A DNA stretch of 52,674 nt, from positions 1-52,674 of the forward strand of contig JAUCBJ010001329.1 of assembly GCA_032718475.1 (NCBI GenBank), in the 5' to 3' direction. Of the stretch, positions 28,725 through 40,014 are shown piece by piece. The position numbers and the translations under genes were made by a program. Positions within the stretch are counted from its first letter, which is position 1. The number at the start of each line of letters is the position of its first letter. The notes beneath the pieces are model-generated. The model searched no databases. It was not told where the DNA came from and was given only the letters and a program-made list of their open reading frames with translations. The DNA is from Nemertoderma westbladi. Lineage: Eukaryota > Animalia > Xenacoelomorpha.

Positions 28725-31455
28725 AGAGAACTGGCATTCATTTAGGAAACAGAGTGGAAGGGTTTACTGTGGAAGATCACCTATGGTAGAGAACAGGCAT
28801 TCCTTTAGGAAACAGAGTGGAAGGGTTTACTGTGGAAGATCACCCGTGCTGGTGAACAGACATTCCTTTAGGAAACATAGTGGAAGGGTTTAATGTGGAA
28901 GATCACCCATGGTAGAGAACAGGCATTCCTTTAGGAAACAGAGTGGAAGGGTTTAATGTGGAAGATTACCCATAGCGGAGAACAGGCATTCCTTTAGGAA
29001 ACAGATTGGAAGGGTTTACTGTGGAAGATCATCCATGGTGGTGAACAGGCAATCCTTTAGGAAACAGAATGGAAGGGTTTACTGTGGAAGATCACCCATG
29101 GTAGAGAACAGGCATTCCTTTAGGAAACAGAGTGGAAGGGTTTACTGTGGAAGATCACCCGTGGTGATGAACAGACATTCCTTTAGGAAACAGAGTGGAA
29201 GGGTTTAATGTGGAAGATCACCCATGGTAGAGAACAGGCATTCCTTTAGGAAACAGAGTGGAAGTGTTTACTGTGGAAGATCACCCGTGGTGGTGAACAG
29301 ACATTCCTTTAGGAAACAGAGTGGAAGGGTTTAATGTGGAAGATCACCCATGGTAGAGAACAGGCATTCCTTTAGGAAACAGAGTGCAAGGGTTTACTGT
29401 GGAAGATCACCCGTGGTGGTGAACAGACATTCCTTTAGGAAACAGAGTGGAAGGGTTTACGGTGGAAGATCACCCATGGTGGTAACAGGCATTCCTTCAG
29501 GAAACAGAGTGGAAGGGTTTACTGTGGAAGATCACCCATGGTAGAGAACAGGCATTCCTTTAAGAAACAGAGTGGAAGGGTTTACTGTGGAAGATCAACC
29601 ATGGTAGAAAACAGGCATTCATTTATGAAACAGATTGGAAGGGTTTACTGTGGAAGATCACCCGTGGTAGAGAACAGGCATTCCTTTAGGAAACAGAGTG
29701 GAATGGTTTAGTGTGAGAGATCAGACATGGTGGTGAACAGGCATTCCTTTAGGAAACAGAGTGGAAGGGTTTACTGTGGAAGATCATCCATGGTGGTGAA
29801 CAGGCATTCCTTTAGGAAACAGAGTGGAAGGGTTTACTGTGGAAGATCACCCATGATGGTGAACACGCATTCCTTTAGGAAACAGATTGGAAGGGATTAC
29901 TGTGGAAGATCACCCATGGTAGAGAACAGGCATTCCTTTAGGGAACAGAGTGGAAGGGTTTATTGTGGAAAATCACCCATGACATGGTAGAGTACAGGCA
30001 TTCCTTTAGGAAACAGAGTGGAATGGTTTAGTGTGAGAGATCAGACATGGTGGTGAACAGGCATTCCTTTAGGAAACAGAGTGGAAGGGTTTACTGTGGA
30101 AGATCATCCATGGTGGTGAACAGGCATTCCTTTAGGAAACAGATTGGAAGGGATTACTGTGGAAGATCACCCATGGTAGAGAACAGGCATTCCTTTAGGG
30201 AACAGAGTGGAAGGGTTTATTGTGGAAGATCACCCATGACATGGTAGAGTACAGGCATTCCTTTAGGAAACAGAGTGGAAGGGTTTACTGTGGAAGATCA
30301 GCCATGGTGGTGAACATGCATTCCTTTAGGAAACAGAGTGGAAGGGTTTACTGTGGAAAATCACCCGTGGTGGTGAACAGGCATTCCTTTAGGAAACAGA
30401 GTGGAAGGCTCTACTGTGGAAGATCACCCATTGTGGTGAACAGGCATTCCTTTAGAAAACAGAGTGGAAGGGTTTACTTTGGAAGATCACCCATATGGCG
30501 GTGAACAGGCATTCCTATATGAAACAGAGAGGAAGGGTATACTATGGAAGATCACCATGGTGGTGAACACGCATTCCTTTAGGAAACAGAGTGGAAGGGT
30601 TTACTGTGGAAGATCACCCATGGTGGTGAACAGGCATTCCTTTAGGAAACAGAGTGGAAGGGTTTACTGTGGAAGATCACCCATGGTGGTGAACAGGCAT
30701 TCCTTTAGGAAACAGAGTGGAAGGGTTACTGTGGAAGATCACCCATGGGTAGAGAACAGGCATTCGTTTAGGAAACAGAGTGGAAAGTTTACTGTGGAAG
30801 ATCACCCATGGTAGAGAACAGGCATTCCTTTAGGAAACAGAGTGGAAGGGTTTAGTGTGAGAGATCAGACATGGTGGTGAACAGGCATTCCTTTAGGAAA
30901 CAGAGTGGAAGGGTTTACTGTGGAAGATCATCCATGGTGGTGAACAGGCATTCCTTTAGGAAACAGAGTGGAAGGGTTTACTGTGGAAGATCACCCATGG
31001 TGGTGAACAGGCATTCCTTTAGGAAACAGAGTGGAAAGTTTACTGTGGAAGATCACCCATGGTAGAGAACAGGCATTCCTTTAGGAAACAGAGTGGAAGG
31101 GTTTACTGTGGAAGATCACCCATGCGTATTAAACAGGCATTCCTTTAGGAAACAGAGTGGAAAGTTTACTGTGGAAGATCACCCATGGTAGAGAACAGGC
31201 ATTCCTTTAGGAAACAGAGTGGAAGGGTTTACTGTGGAAGATCACCCATGGTAGAGAACAGGCATTCCTTTAGGAAACAGAGTGGAAGGGTTTACTGTGG
31301 AAGATCACCCATGGTAGAGAACAGGCATTCATTTAGGAAACAGAGTGGAAGGGTTTACTGTGGAAGATCACCCATGGCGGTGAACAGGCATTCCTTTATG
31401 AAACAGAGAGGAAGGGTTTCCTGTGGAAGATCACCCATCATGGTGGTGAACAGGT
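28725..31455. repeat. 63-bp minisatellite, ~43 units, in HOATZ intron 2
   Basis: Unit aggcattcctttaggaaacagagtggaagggtttactgtggaagatcacccatggtagagaac, head to tail with no spacers. Confidence 0.97.
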
Positions 31456-31576
31456 TACACTTATAGTGGGAAGTTTTTCTAGAACCAAATCAATAAACGA
31501 TAGGTAACACCACAATAAATCATGGTGTATTAACCAGATACCACGTATAGCTCCTAGCATAACTACATTTACTTAC

Positions 31577-31692
31577 CAGCTGCTTAATCCGTTGCTTAGA
31601 TACAGTTTCTTCTTCTTTTCGGCCTTTTTCAAGAAAAGATTTCAATTTTGGTGTTAAACAACCCCGGCGGTCCATCACCGCGCGACGCGTTA
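31577..31692 (-). CDS. HOATZ: HOATZ-like protein, exon 2 of 3
   Basis: tttccatag|TAACG...CAGCTG|gtaagt; 116 bp, phase 1 to 0, joins exons 1 and 3 in frame (VTRRAVMDRRGCLTPKLKSFLEKGRKEEETVSKQRIKQL). Missed by the ORF track. Confidence 0.8.
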
Positions 31693-32013
31693 CTATGGAA
31701 ACATAACAATTAAATAAATAAATAATAATAATAAAAAATACTTCAATAGGTGGTTTAATAAAAATTAAGCAATTGCTGAGACCTTTTGGATTTCTAATTT
31801 TTGCCTTTGTTAAAATTGACTAGAATAAAACTTTCTTAGTAGCTTTTGCTACCAATTATTTAAAAACCAAGCAACTGGTGATACTTATTTAATACTAAGC
31901 TAATCAGTATTTGCTAAAACAGAAAGTATTAAATGCCTGATTAGCATCAAAATGAACAATGCATGAGTTAGCGAACTGCTAGTAATTATCAGTTGACTGG
32001 CGGCAGACAGGGG

Positions 32014-32230
32014 GTAGGCTACGAGCTATGGTAGGCTATGGTAGGCTACGGTAGGTTATGGTAGGCTACGGTAGGTTATGGTAGGCTACGGTAGGCTATG
32101 GTAGGCTACGGTAGGTTATAGTAGGCTACGGTAGGCTCTGGTAGGCTATGGTAGGCTACGGTAGGCTACGGTAGGCTACGGTAGGTTATGGTAGGCTACG
32201 GTAGGTTATGGTAGGCTAAGGTAGGCTATG
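32014..32230. repeat. 10-bp tandem repeat (ggtaggctay)n
   Basis: Directly visible, about 20 units. Confidence 0.95.
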
Positions 32231-32237
32231 ATTAGGG

Positions 32238-32455
32238 CATGCACTGGCTGGTCCTCACGGAAAAGCTATATTGTCCTACAAAGCGGCGGAGGCTGCGCTG
32301 AGCAAGTGCCAAGCTTGGTCGCACTAATGAGACACCTCCGCTGTGTACATACACGTATAATATCTGGTTCTGGTTGGAGATACAGTCCTATGAACACGGC
32401 GTCGCATTCTTGTACTGTATACTGTACGTGCCATAGAGATTTGGTGTCCCCAACA
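32238..32455 (-). mobile_element. Old RTE family A-like fragment
   Basis: Degenerate match to 26136-26335 (atgcactggctggtcctcacgg..aatgagacacctcc..agagatttggtgtcc). Confidence 0.7.
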
Positions 32456-33305
32456 GATCGAATTCGGTTTGATTTCATTTGAACTCACTCGAGATCCACT
32501 CCACTACAGTTGTACATGTACTACATCTTTATCGTTGAGTCGGACATTGTCACGCTCTTGGTAAAGTTGTACATGTACATAGTGTAATTACGTTTATATT
32601 GGTTTTAGGTTAGCGTAGTGTAATATTGTATTTGTAACCAAGTAACATAAAGGACCCCCTTGGAAATAAGCTGCAAAGCTTTAGGGGTAATCCTATATGT
32701 TATGTTGGACAATACCTTTATACCGGCGGTACATTGTTTGGTGTATTTGTTATTGTTTTTACATAATGTATAAATAAATCTATCTATCTATGTATGAGAT
32801 TGAGTATTAAAAAAATGTTCTATATTACAATGAACTTACAACTATTATGATTTTAATTAAAAAAAATTTGTAATGGATTAACTATTGTTCATAAGGGAAG
32901 TTAAGAAAACTAGTATTTTGGAAATAAAATTATTTTCTACTGAAATAGCATTGTTCTGGAACCCAACAACTGTCATTTTTAGTTTGTTGAAGAAAGTCCC
33001 AGTACGTATTGTTTCTTTACAAAATAACTCAGAATTAATTACCAAATTGTAATAGCTTGTAACTCAACCAATTCTTAATGGAATATAGGTACCTAAGATG
33101 TTATTCTACATGACAGGTCAGAAAAATTTTAATTTCCGCAATTTAATATTAGACAATATGAGTTAACAATAAAAAAAACTTGGTTGCGCTTAAAACCTTA
33201 AGGCTTTTACAGTTTTGAACCTAATCACATGAAAGTTTTTTATATGATAGACCAAAGATGGGGCAACATAACTATCAGACGAAATTTTGTGAAAATAATT
33301 CTGCA

Positions 33306-33321
33306 CCGCTAGGTGGCGCTG
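33306..33321 (+). promoter_or_regulatory. CTCF-like motif in HOATZ intron 1
   Basis: CCGCTAGGTGGCGCTG matches the CTCF core consensus and sits in a very AT-rich context; motif only. Confidence 0.4.
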
Positions 33322-33903
33322 CAAATTTATGTTAATTTTTTAGGTTTGTTATAAATAGTATTAAATTTTATTAACAAAAAATTACAATCTGTCTTTTACT
33401 TTTGATACTTTTATGATCTTATGATTTTATGTGTCTGATACTTTTATGCAGGGTGGCTATGTAGACACCCACAGAAATTTTCAGAAATATTTGGAGATAA
33501 TCGACCTTTCATTATACATAGGCTTAGTAATAGTAATTCCAATAGGTCTCCCTAAATGGAAATTGTTATAACTTGAAAATTAAAAGAGCTATTAAATAGT
33601 GGTTTTTTGATTTGGAAACACCATTTAATCGTGCATTATAATATATCATAAAAATAATTTCAACATTTTTTGGACCAAAATGGTGTACCCCCCCCTCATA
33701 TTTACTGTTTATCATTAAAATTTATAAACTATTAATATTGGAGAATTTAGTCAACAGTAAACGCAATACCGACCGGTAAGGGATTAAAAATCAGGGAAAA
33801 TAATACAACTAAACACTAAATACTGATAATTTTTAATACAGTACATCGCTACATCGCATCGGTACCGGTAGGCCAACATTCAACAATATAACATCGAATT
33901 TAC

Positions 33904-34129
33904 CTTCTCCTGGGGCGGAGGCCGCCGGTAATCTTTGTCTGATATCGCCGGATACGAGACGTGACTCTAAATGGGGTTGTAGAGTCATCGTATTCCAGAA
34001 TACTTTAGCATGTTCCTGATCAATAGTGTCGGTGTCTGTGAACACGCAGTTCGGTGGATGGTAGACTATAGGAGGAGTAGGTTGCTGTTGGATTGTTGTG
34101 GAATTGGTCACAACCGCTACGCCGTTCAT
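33904..34129 (-). CDS. HOATZ: HOATZ-like protein, exon 1 of 3 (spliced protein 190 aa)
   Basis: VFTDTDTIDQEHAKVFWNTMTLQPHLESRLVSGDIRQRLPAA matches the HOATZ N-terminal motif (VF..S...D...AK.FW.S....PP.ES.LV.....QRLP.A); donor GAAG|gtaaat. Confidence 0.87.
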
Positions 34130-34313
34130 TGCTAGTGATCCGGTGATCGAGGTATAATACAGTAATTGAGTAAATTATACTAATTTCTACTAATTTATTA
34201 CTGATACTGTATTACATATAAAAAGCCATAGGCGGCGGCGCGTACAGTAGGCCTATCTGAACCGGTAAACATAGCTGAATATAGAGTAACTAGAGAAACT
34301 GTTGTTTGTAAGC

Positions 34314-34326
34314 GTTGCCTAGCAAC
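34314..34326. promoter_or_regulatory. RFX X-box in the HOATZ promoter
   Basis: GTTGCCTAGCAAC ~185 bp upstream of the ATG; weaker X-box-like GTAACTAGAGAAAC at 34286-34299 and forkhead-like GTAAACA at 34265-34271. Confidence 0.7.
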
Positions 34327-34769
34327 CACGCTTGAATAATAATATAATTTTCTTCAAACACTTACAAGTTGTCTTGTCGATAGCAGCTGAGATATACAGT
34401 ACTGAGGCGTTCGAAAATTACATTTTATTACGTCAGCGCGAGATATAATGAAAATGAATGCACAATTCTCGAAGATTACATCATAAGCAGCTGGGCAATA
34501 AATTCACATCATGTTGTAAATAATACACCATGCCCCCGATCACCATATATTAGTACAGAGCGTCGGAATTCAGTGACACAATACCCCCCCTCCCCCAACT
34601 TTTCTACAAATCTCAATGAGATTGTATGAAATTCGAACAGAGATACTGTAGTTCCATCTCACTCCTCATTAGCGGGTAACTCGCAATATTTATTTTTGTA
34701 ATCATTCTTTAGCTAGAATAATTTGAATTTGGTGATATTGTACAAGTTCCCACTGTTTATCGTGAACCT

Positions 34770-35593
34770 GAAGATCTGGGATTCACACTTCAAGAACGCA
34801 GAAGTAGTAGATATCCGGCAACTACAGTCACAGACACCGACTTTGTGGATGACATCGCCCTGCTCTCTAATACGCTAGCAGATGCACAGCGTCTACTAAA
34901 TAAAGTGGAGAGGGCTGAGGTTGGATTGCATATACATGCTACCAAGACCGAATTCATGACCTTTAATGTTGATGGAAACTTGACAACCATTGATAATAAT
35001 CAACTAAGGAAGGTCGATGACTTCCAGTACCTTGGATCATGGATAGAGAGTAGCAAAAAGGACATAAAAGTTAGGAAAGCAAAGGCTTGGGTAGCTCTAT
35101 CAAAAATGGATACCATCTGGAAATCAGATCTCTCCAGGCACCTGAAGACTAAGACACTGACTAAGACTGCTACACAAGACTAGTAAGGGCAGCCCTAAAC
35201 ATCAGCTGGAGACAACACATGACAAACGCCGAGCTTTATGGAACAATACCACCTGTATCAACCACCCTCCGTGAACGCAGATTAAGATTCAGTGGGCACT
35301 GCTGGCGAAGTAAAGACGAGGTTATACCAGATCTACTTTTCTGGCAACCAACTCATGGAAAGCGTAGTCGTGGACGACCGGTCATAACATATATAGATCA
35401 ACTTGAAAGGGATACTGAACTTGGGAGAAACGAAATTGCGACAACTATGGAGAATCGGGAAGCCTGGAAGGATCTCATTTCCACTGTCCGAGTTCGCTCG
35501 ACCTAGTAGTAGTTGGAGAATCGGGAAGCCTGGAAGGATCTCATTTCCACTGTCCGAGTTCGCTCGACCTAGTATGTAGTAGTAGTAGTAGTA
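34770..35593 (+). mobile_element. RTE-clade LINE family B, 3' portion with duplicated 3' end and (TAG)n tail
   Basis: DFVDDIAL..DDFQYLGSWI..RERRLRFSGHCWR..LFWQPTHGKRSRGRP..TVRVRST*; overlaps in sequence with 22040-22172. Confidence 0.92.
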
Positions 35594-35611
35594 TCTTCAA
35601 CCTTAATCTTA

Positions 35612-37250
35612 ATCGTTTCAATGGATTGTTTCAGTATCCCATATACTGCGCGAAGGTATCCTAAATGTTTCAATAGATTGTTACAGAGTACCCCACCCCC
35701 ACATGCTGCACGAAGGTCTCTTAAACATTTCAACGGATTGTTTCTGTATCTCACATATTGCGCGAAGGTCTCTTAAAAGTTCCAATAGATTGTTACAGAG
35801 TACCCCACCCCCACATGCTGCACGAAGGTCTCTTAAACATTTCAACGGTTTGTTTCTGTATCTCACATATTGCGCGAAGGTCTCTTAAACGTTTCAATAG
35901 ATTGTTTCAGTATCCAACGTGCTTCATGAAGGTGTCTTAAACGTTTCAACAGATTGTTGTCTCTTAAAATTTTCAACGGATTGTTTCAGTATCCCATATA
36001 CCAGTATACTGCGCAAAGGTATCTTACATGTTTCAATAGATTGTTCCGGAGTACCCCAACCCCACATGCTGCACAAAGGTCTTTTAAACGTTTCAACAGA
36101 TTATTACAGTATCAAACGTGGGGTATAACTTTTCGCCGTATCCGTATGCACATACGCGTATGTGCGTATGTGATGGATTCCTATGGAGAATAATCCGTAT
36201 GTGATTTTAAAGATTATGCATTGCGGACCAGTAAGAAGTGCACAACACACATGCAGACTAAAGACAGGTAGGCCTACTTAACAGCTTAAAGCTAAGTAAT
36301 TTAAATGAGTGTGGCTGCCGCTAACCTTACTGTATGTCAAATAAACATTGCAGGTCCAGGATGAGTGACAGATGATGTCCTTCGGTCCCGGGATGCGCCA
36401 CAGCGCTTGTTTTATTGTACTAACTGACACCTGCCCGCCTGTTGAATTGAACTTAGATTAATTACTGGCACCCGGCAGCCCGGTTGCACTCGCTGACACG
36501 TGGTTTGACTAACTGGCAGATTATTGCACTAGGTTGGTCTTGTTGGCACTTGGCTGCATAGGGCCTGCTATGGTTAACTAAATACTGGCCCCGAAACGGC
36601 GAAAGTAAAGGTATTATATGTTAATAAATTCACAAAGAAGGACAAACTGACACGACGGTTTTCAATATCTGTGCGAATGTTTATTCCCTTAGCATTCTCA
36701 TAGCTGCTTCTAAGAGTCTATACTATGTTAGTGCCATACTGTATTTGTATACTGTAGCAACCAACAACATTCTATAGCCAGGTTGGTGGTAAAACAGGTC
36801 AAAAACAAAAATAAATCACGGTTGGTTAGTTTTCCAAGCGGCGTCAAGAAGAGTTAACTGGTTAATAGGTACTGCACTGCTGGCGCATCCCGGGGCTGGC
36901 GGACACCGGCTGTCACTCACCCTGGACCTGTCCTGCATTGTTTATTTGACATAAGGTAGCGCGTAGCGGCAGCCATCACTTAGCTTTAAGTACAGAAGTA
37001 GACCTACCGGTCTTCAGTCAGTCAGTCTGCATGTGTGTTGTGCACTTCTTACTGGTCCGTAATGCCTAATCTCTCAAATCACATACGGATTATTCTCCAT
37101 AGGAATCCATTACATACGGCACATACGCGTATGTACATACTGATACTTCAAATGCATACGGATACGGCAAAAAGTTATACCCTCAAACGTGCTGCACGAA
37201 GTCTTCTAAACATGTTCAATTACCGGTACAACAGATTATTCAGTGTCATG
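35612..37250. repeat. Degenerate ~55-bp tandem repeat (gaaggtctcttaaacatttcaa..gattgtt), interrupted by a MITE
   Basis: Units at 35612-36120 resume at 37183-37250. Confidence 0.8.
36121..37182. mobile_element. Mutator-like (MULE/Foldback) MITE with long TIRs and 9-bp TSD
   Basis: GGGTATAACTTTT...AAAAGTTATACCC with ~280-bp imperfect inverted arms; TCAAACGTG at 36112-36120 and 37183-37191. Confidence 0.9.
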
Positions 37251-38262
37251 CACGAATCGGCGAATGCATTACCATTGTCATCCTGGTTTCGTTTTCCAGT
37301 TTTCTTCACGTTTTTTATTTAGGTGGGTTGAGTTGGTTAGCAGTGCAGACTTCACTTCACATTCTGATAATATTTATTGACATTCTAGTTTTCGAAATAT
37401 ACTGTAGTTTTATAGGAACAGTAGAGTATACAGTCAGACAGTCTTAGTAACTGAAATGACAGTACAGCAGTGTACACATCGACATATCCCGATCGGGATA
37501 TATTACCTTATAAGGGTATATCCCGATCGGGATAGGGAGCCCTACTGGCAACTGGCGTACGCTGTCGCTGAGTCTGAAGAAGAATTGGATAGAACAGAAC
37601 GTACGATTCGATTCATCATCGATTATTGATTATACACTCTCTGCTCAGATGTAATTCATGCATTTTTTTCGTTTTTTTTTGTATAAATTATATTCACAGT
37701 TCAGCAGTTACAGTATTACTGTAATCAGTATATTATCATTATTATTGTCTACCGGCACATCATGTACTGCTGTTGCTGTACCGTCTGACTATAGCAAGAC
37801 TATCTCTTCGAGCTGATCCAGACTGCCAGATCTATTCTACTGCATATTTCCTACAGTCCTACTCCACTGTACTCCTACTGTTCTACATACATGATATACC
37901 GCAGTACCGGTACAGCAACCAGGCAACAGCATCTATCCTTAGGCTTAGACTATAAATACGGTACTGTACTAGACTGCTGGCCTATATCTGTATATGGAAT
38001 ACTGACAAAAAGCGCGCCACAAGGGTTTTATGTCTGTATGGTTAAACGAAAAACGCGCCAGCCATGCGCGCCAACCATCGACCATGAAAGATAATAGGTC
38101 AACCGACAGTTTTTAAAAAAGAAATGATTAAATTGCGAGCGTAGCGAACAAGAAAATTTTAATATTTATAGTTAGGTCCTTCCTTAGGCAGTTTTATTAT
38201 ACAGAGACTGGCCCAAACATAAGTCTGTAAGTCGAAAATTACTGAATTAGCATTGATATACC

Positions 38263-39777
38263 ATGGGTGCTGGAAGCAGCAGCAATCAAGAGGTACCTGG
38301 CGGGGGTAGTGAAGGATACCATGTACTCCGTGTACAGGATGGAAGTCCAGGCCAGGCAGCTGGTCTAGAAGCTTTCTTCGACTTCATTATAGCGATTGGA
38401 AACACCCGCCTCAATCAAGACAATGATATGATAAAGGAATTACTAAAAACAAACTCAGAAAGACCTGTAACGATGCTGGTTTACAGCAGTAAATTACAAA
38501 CAGCACGGGAAGTTCAAATAACCCCATCGCTTACATGGGGTGGGCAAGGCCTACTCGGTGTTAGTATTCGCTTTTGCAGCTTTCGAGGGGCAAACGAGAA
38601 TGTTTGGCACGTGTTGGAAGTTCAGGATAACTCACCAGCTGATCTGGCTGGCCTGCGATCCGGATCTGATTACATCATAGGGGCGGATACCATGTTACAC
38701 GAAAGCGAGGATTTATATACACTTATTGAGACGCATGAAGGGAAGCCCTTGCGGTTGTATATGTACAATTCTGAGACAGACGGGTGTCGGGAGGTCTCCC
38801 TGACTCCCAACTCCGCCTGGGGTGGCGAAGGTTTGCTGGGTTGTGGAATTGGTTACGGATATCTACATCGGATTCCTGCCAGAGAATTCCCAGAAAGTTT
38901 GCAGTTGTCTAGTGAAACCGGGGTTGTCAATGGTTTCTCTGATATCCCGTTAGGAGGCGTCACTGTGGGTAGTGGCCCCATTGTGGGTGGCACCAGTGGC
39001 ATCCCCATTGTGGGTGGCGCCAACACAGTGGCTGGGCCCATTGTGGGTGGCGCCAACACAGTGGCTGGGCCCATTGTGGGTGGCGCCAACACAGTGGCTG
39101 GGCCCATTGTGGGTGGCGCCAACACAGTGGCTGGGCCCATTCCGCCTGCCGCCACCCTCCCCCATCCCGCTCATATCGGCTCGACGAATACCGCGACTAA
39201 CTTGGCATCCCCATCACCCGGGCAACCGCTACCAACCACCGCCGCCCCACTACCACCAGCTGGTGGCGCCACGGCGTTCTTCCTCCCCCCTAACGACATT
39301 GGGACATCAGGAATCCCACCCCCACCGCCTGGGGTCAAAACAATCCCTCCAACATCCTATCCTGGGATTCCACAACCGACCAACACTTTTCAACCGCCTC
39401 TTCTTCCTTACACCAGCGGTACATCGATGTCCACTGATGGTTATCCCTTCACCACCGGTGCACCAACCTCCACAGGTGGTTATCCCTTCATCACTGGTGC
39501 ACCAACCTCCACTGGTGGTTACCCCTTCACCACAAGTGCGCCTACCTCCACAAGTGGTTACCCCTTCACCACTGGTGCGCCAACCTCCACCAGTGGTTAC
39601 CCCTTCACAACTGGTGCTGGCCCTACGTTTTGTGGATTTCCTAACACCAGCGGTGTACCTCCCCTATCCACCACCAGCGGTGCCCCATATTACAACCCAA
39701 CACCCCAGCTCCCAGCCACCAACTTCGCACCGACTGCTCCACCAACCCAAATGTTCCCTGCTGAGGCGGGAAATTAG
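38263..39777 (+). CDS. GORASP2: Golgi reassembly-stacking protein (GRASP55/65 family), intronless
   Basis: MG start (myristoylation), [71 protein letters not shown] (two GRASP PDZ domains) and a Pro/Thr-rich tail. Confidence 0.96.
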   Translation: MGAGSSSNQEVPGGGSEGYHVLRVQDGSPGQAAGLEAFFDFIIAIGNTRLNQDNDMIKELLKTNSERPVTMLVYSSKLQTAREVQITPSLTWGGQGLLGVSIRFCSFRGANENVWHVLEVQDNSPADLAGLRSGSDYIIGADTMLHESEDLYTLIETHEGKPLRLYMYNSETDGCREVSLTPNSAWGGEGLLGCGIGYGYLHRIPAREFPESLQLSSETGVVNGFSDIPLGGVTVGSGPIVGGTSGIPIVGGANTVAGPIVGGANTVAGPIVGGANTVAGPIVGGANTVAGPIPPAATLPHPAHIGSTNTATNLASPSPGQPLPTTAAPLPPAGGATAFFLPPNDIGTSGIPPPPPGVKTIPPTSYPGIPQPTNTFQPPLLPYTSGTSMSTDGYPFTTGAPTSTGGYPFITGAPTSTGGYPFTTSAPTSTSGYPFTTGAPTSTSGYPFTTGAGPTFCGFPNTSGVPPLSTTSGAPYYNPTPQLPATNFAPTAPPTQMFPAEAGN

Positions 39778-40014
39778 ATTAATTAATTATTTTATTCTTA
39801 TAGATTGGCAAGGTATATAATAATTATTTTTCGTTACCTGTAATTAATTAATGGGGGCTCTTAATTAGGTGTTATTTGAGTCCATATTATATTTATTCTC
39901 TCTTTGTGATAGGCGTAACCAGCTTCTGGAATCCCTATTATTGCAATGAAGGTATGCTACTTCGAACAATAATCTCATCGATTTAGTATATATAAACCAT
40001 GAATAAACAGTGTA

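Noticed and set aside
28725-31455. CRISPR-like array or repeat-protein gene
   Set aside because: No unique spacers or cas genes, eukaryotic intron context, and indels repeatedly break the open frame.
28725-31455. Poly-selenocysteine reading on the minus strand (one TGA per unit: PVLYHG*SSTVNPSTLFPKGM)
   Set aside because: Frame broken by indels, no SECIS or splice support, and expected by chance in a 63-bp unit.
38972-39820. 282-aa overlapping alternative-frame ORF in GORASP
   Set aside because: GTG start; stop-free because of GC-rich in-frame repeats; no independent evidence.
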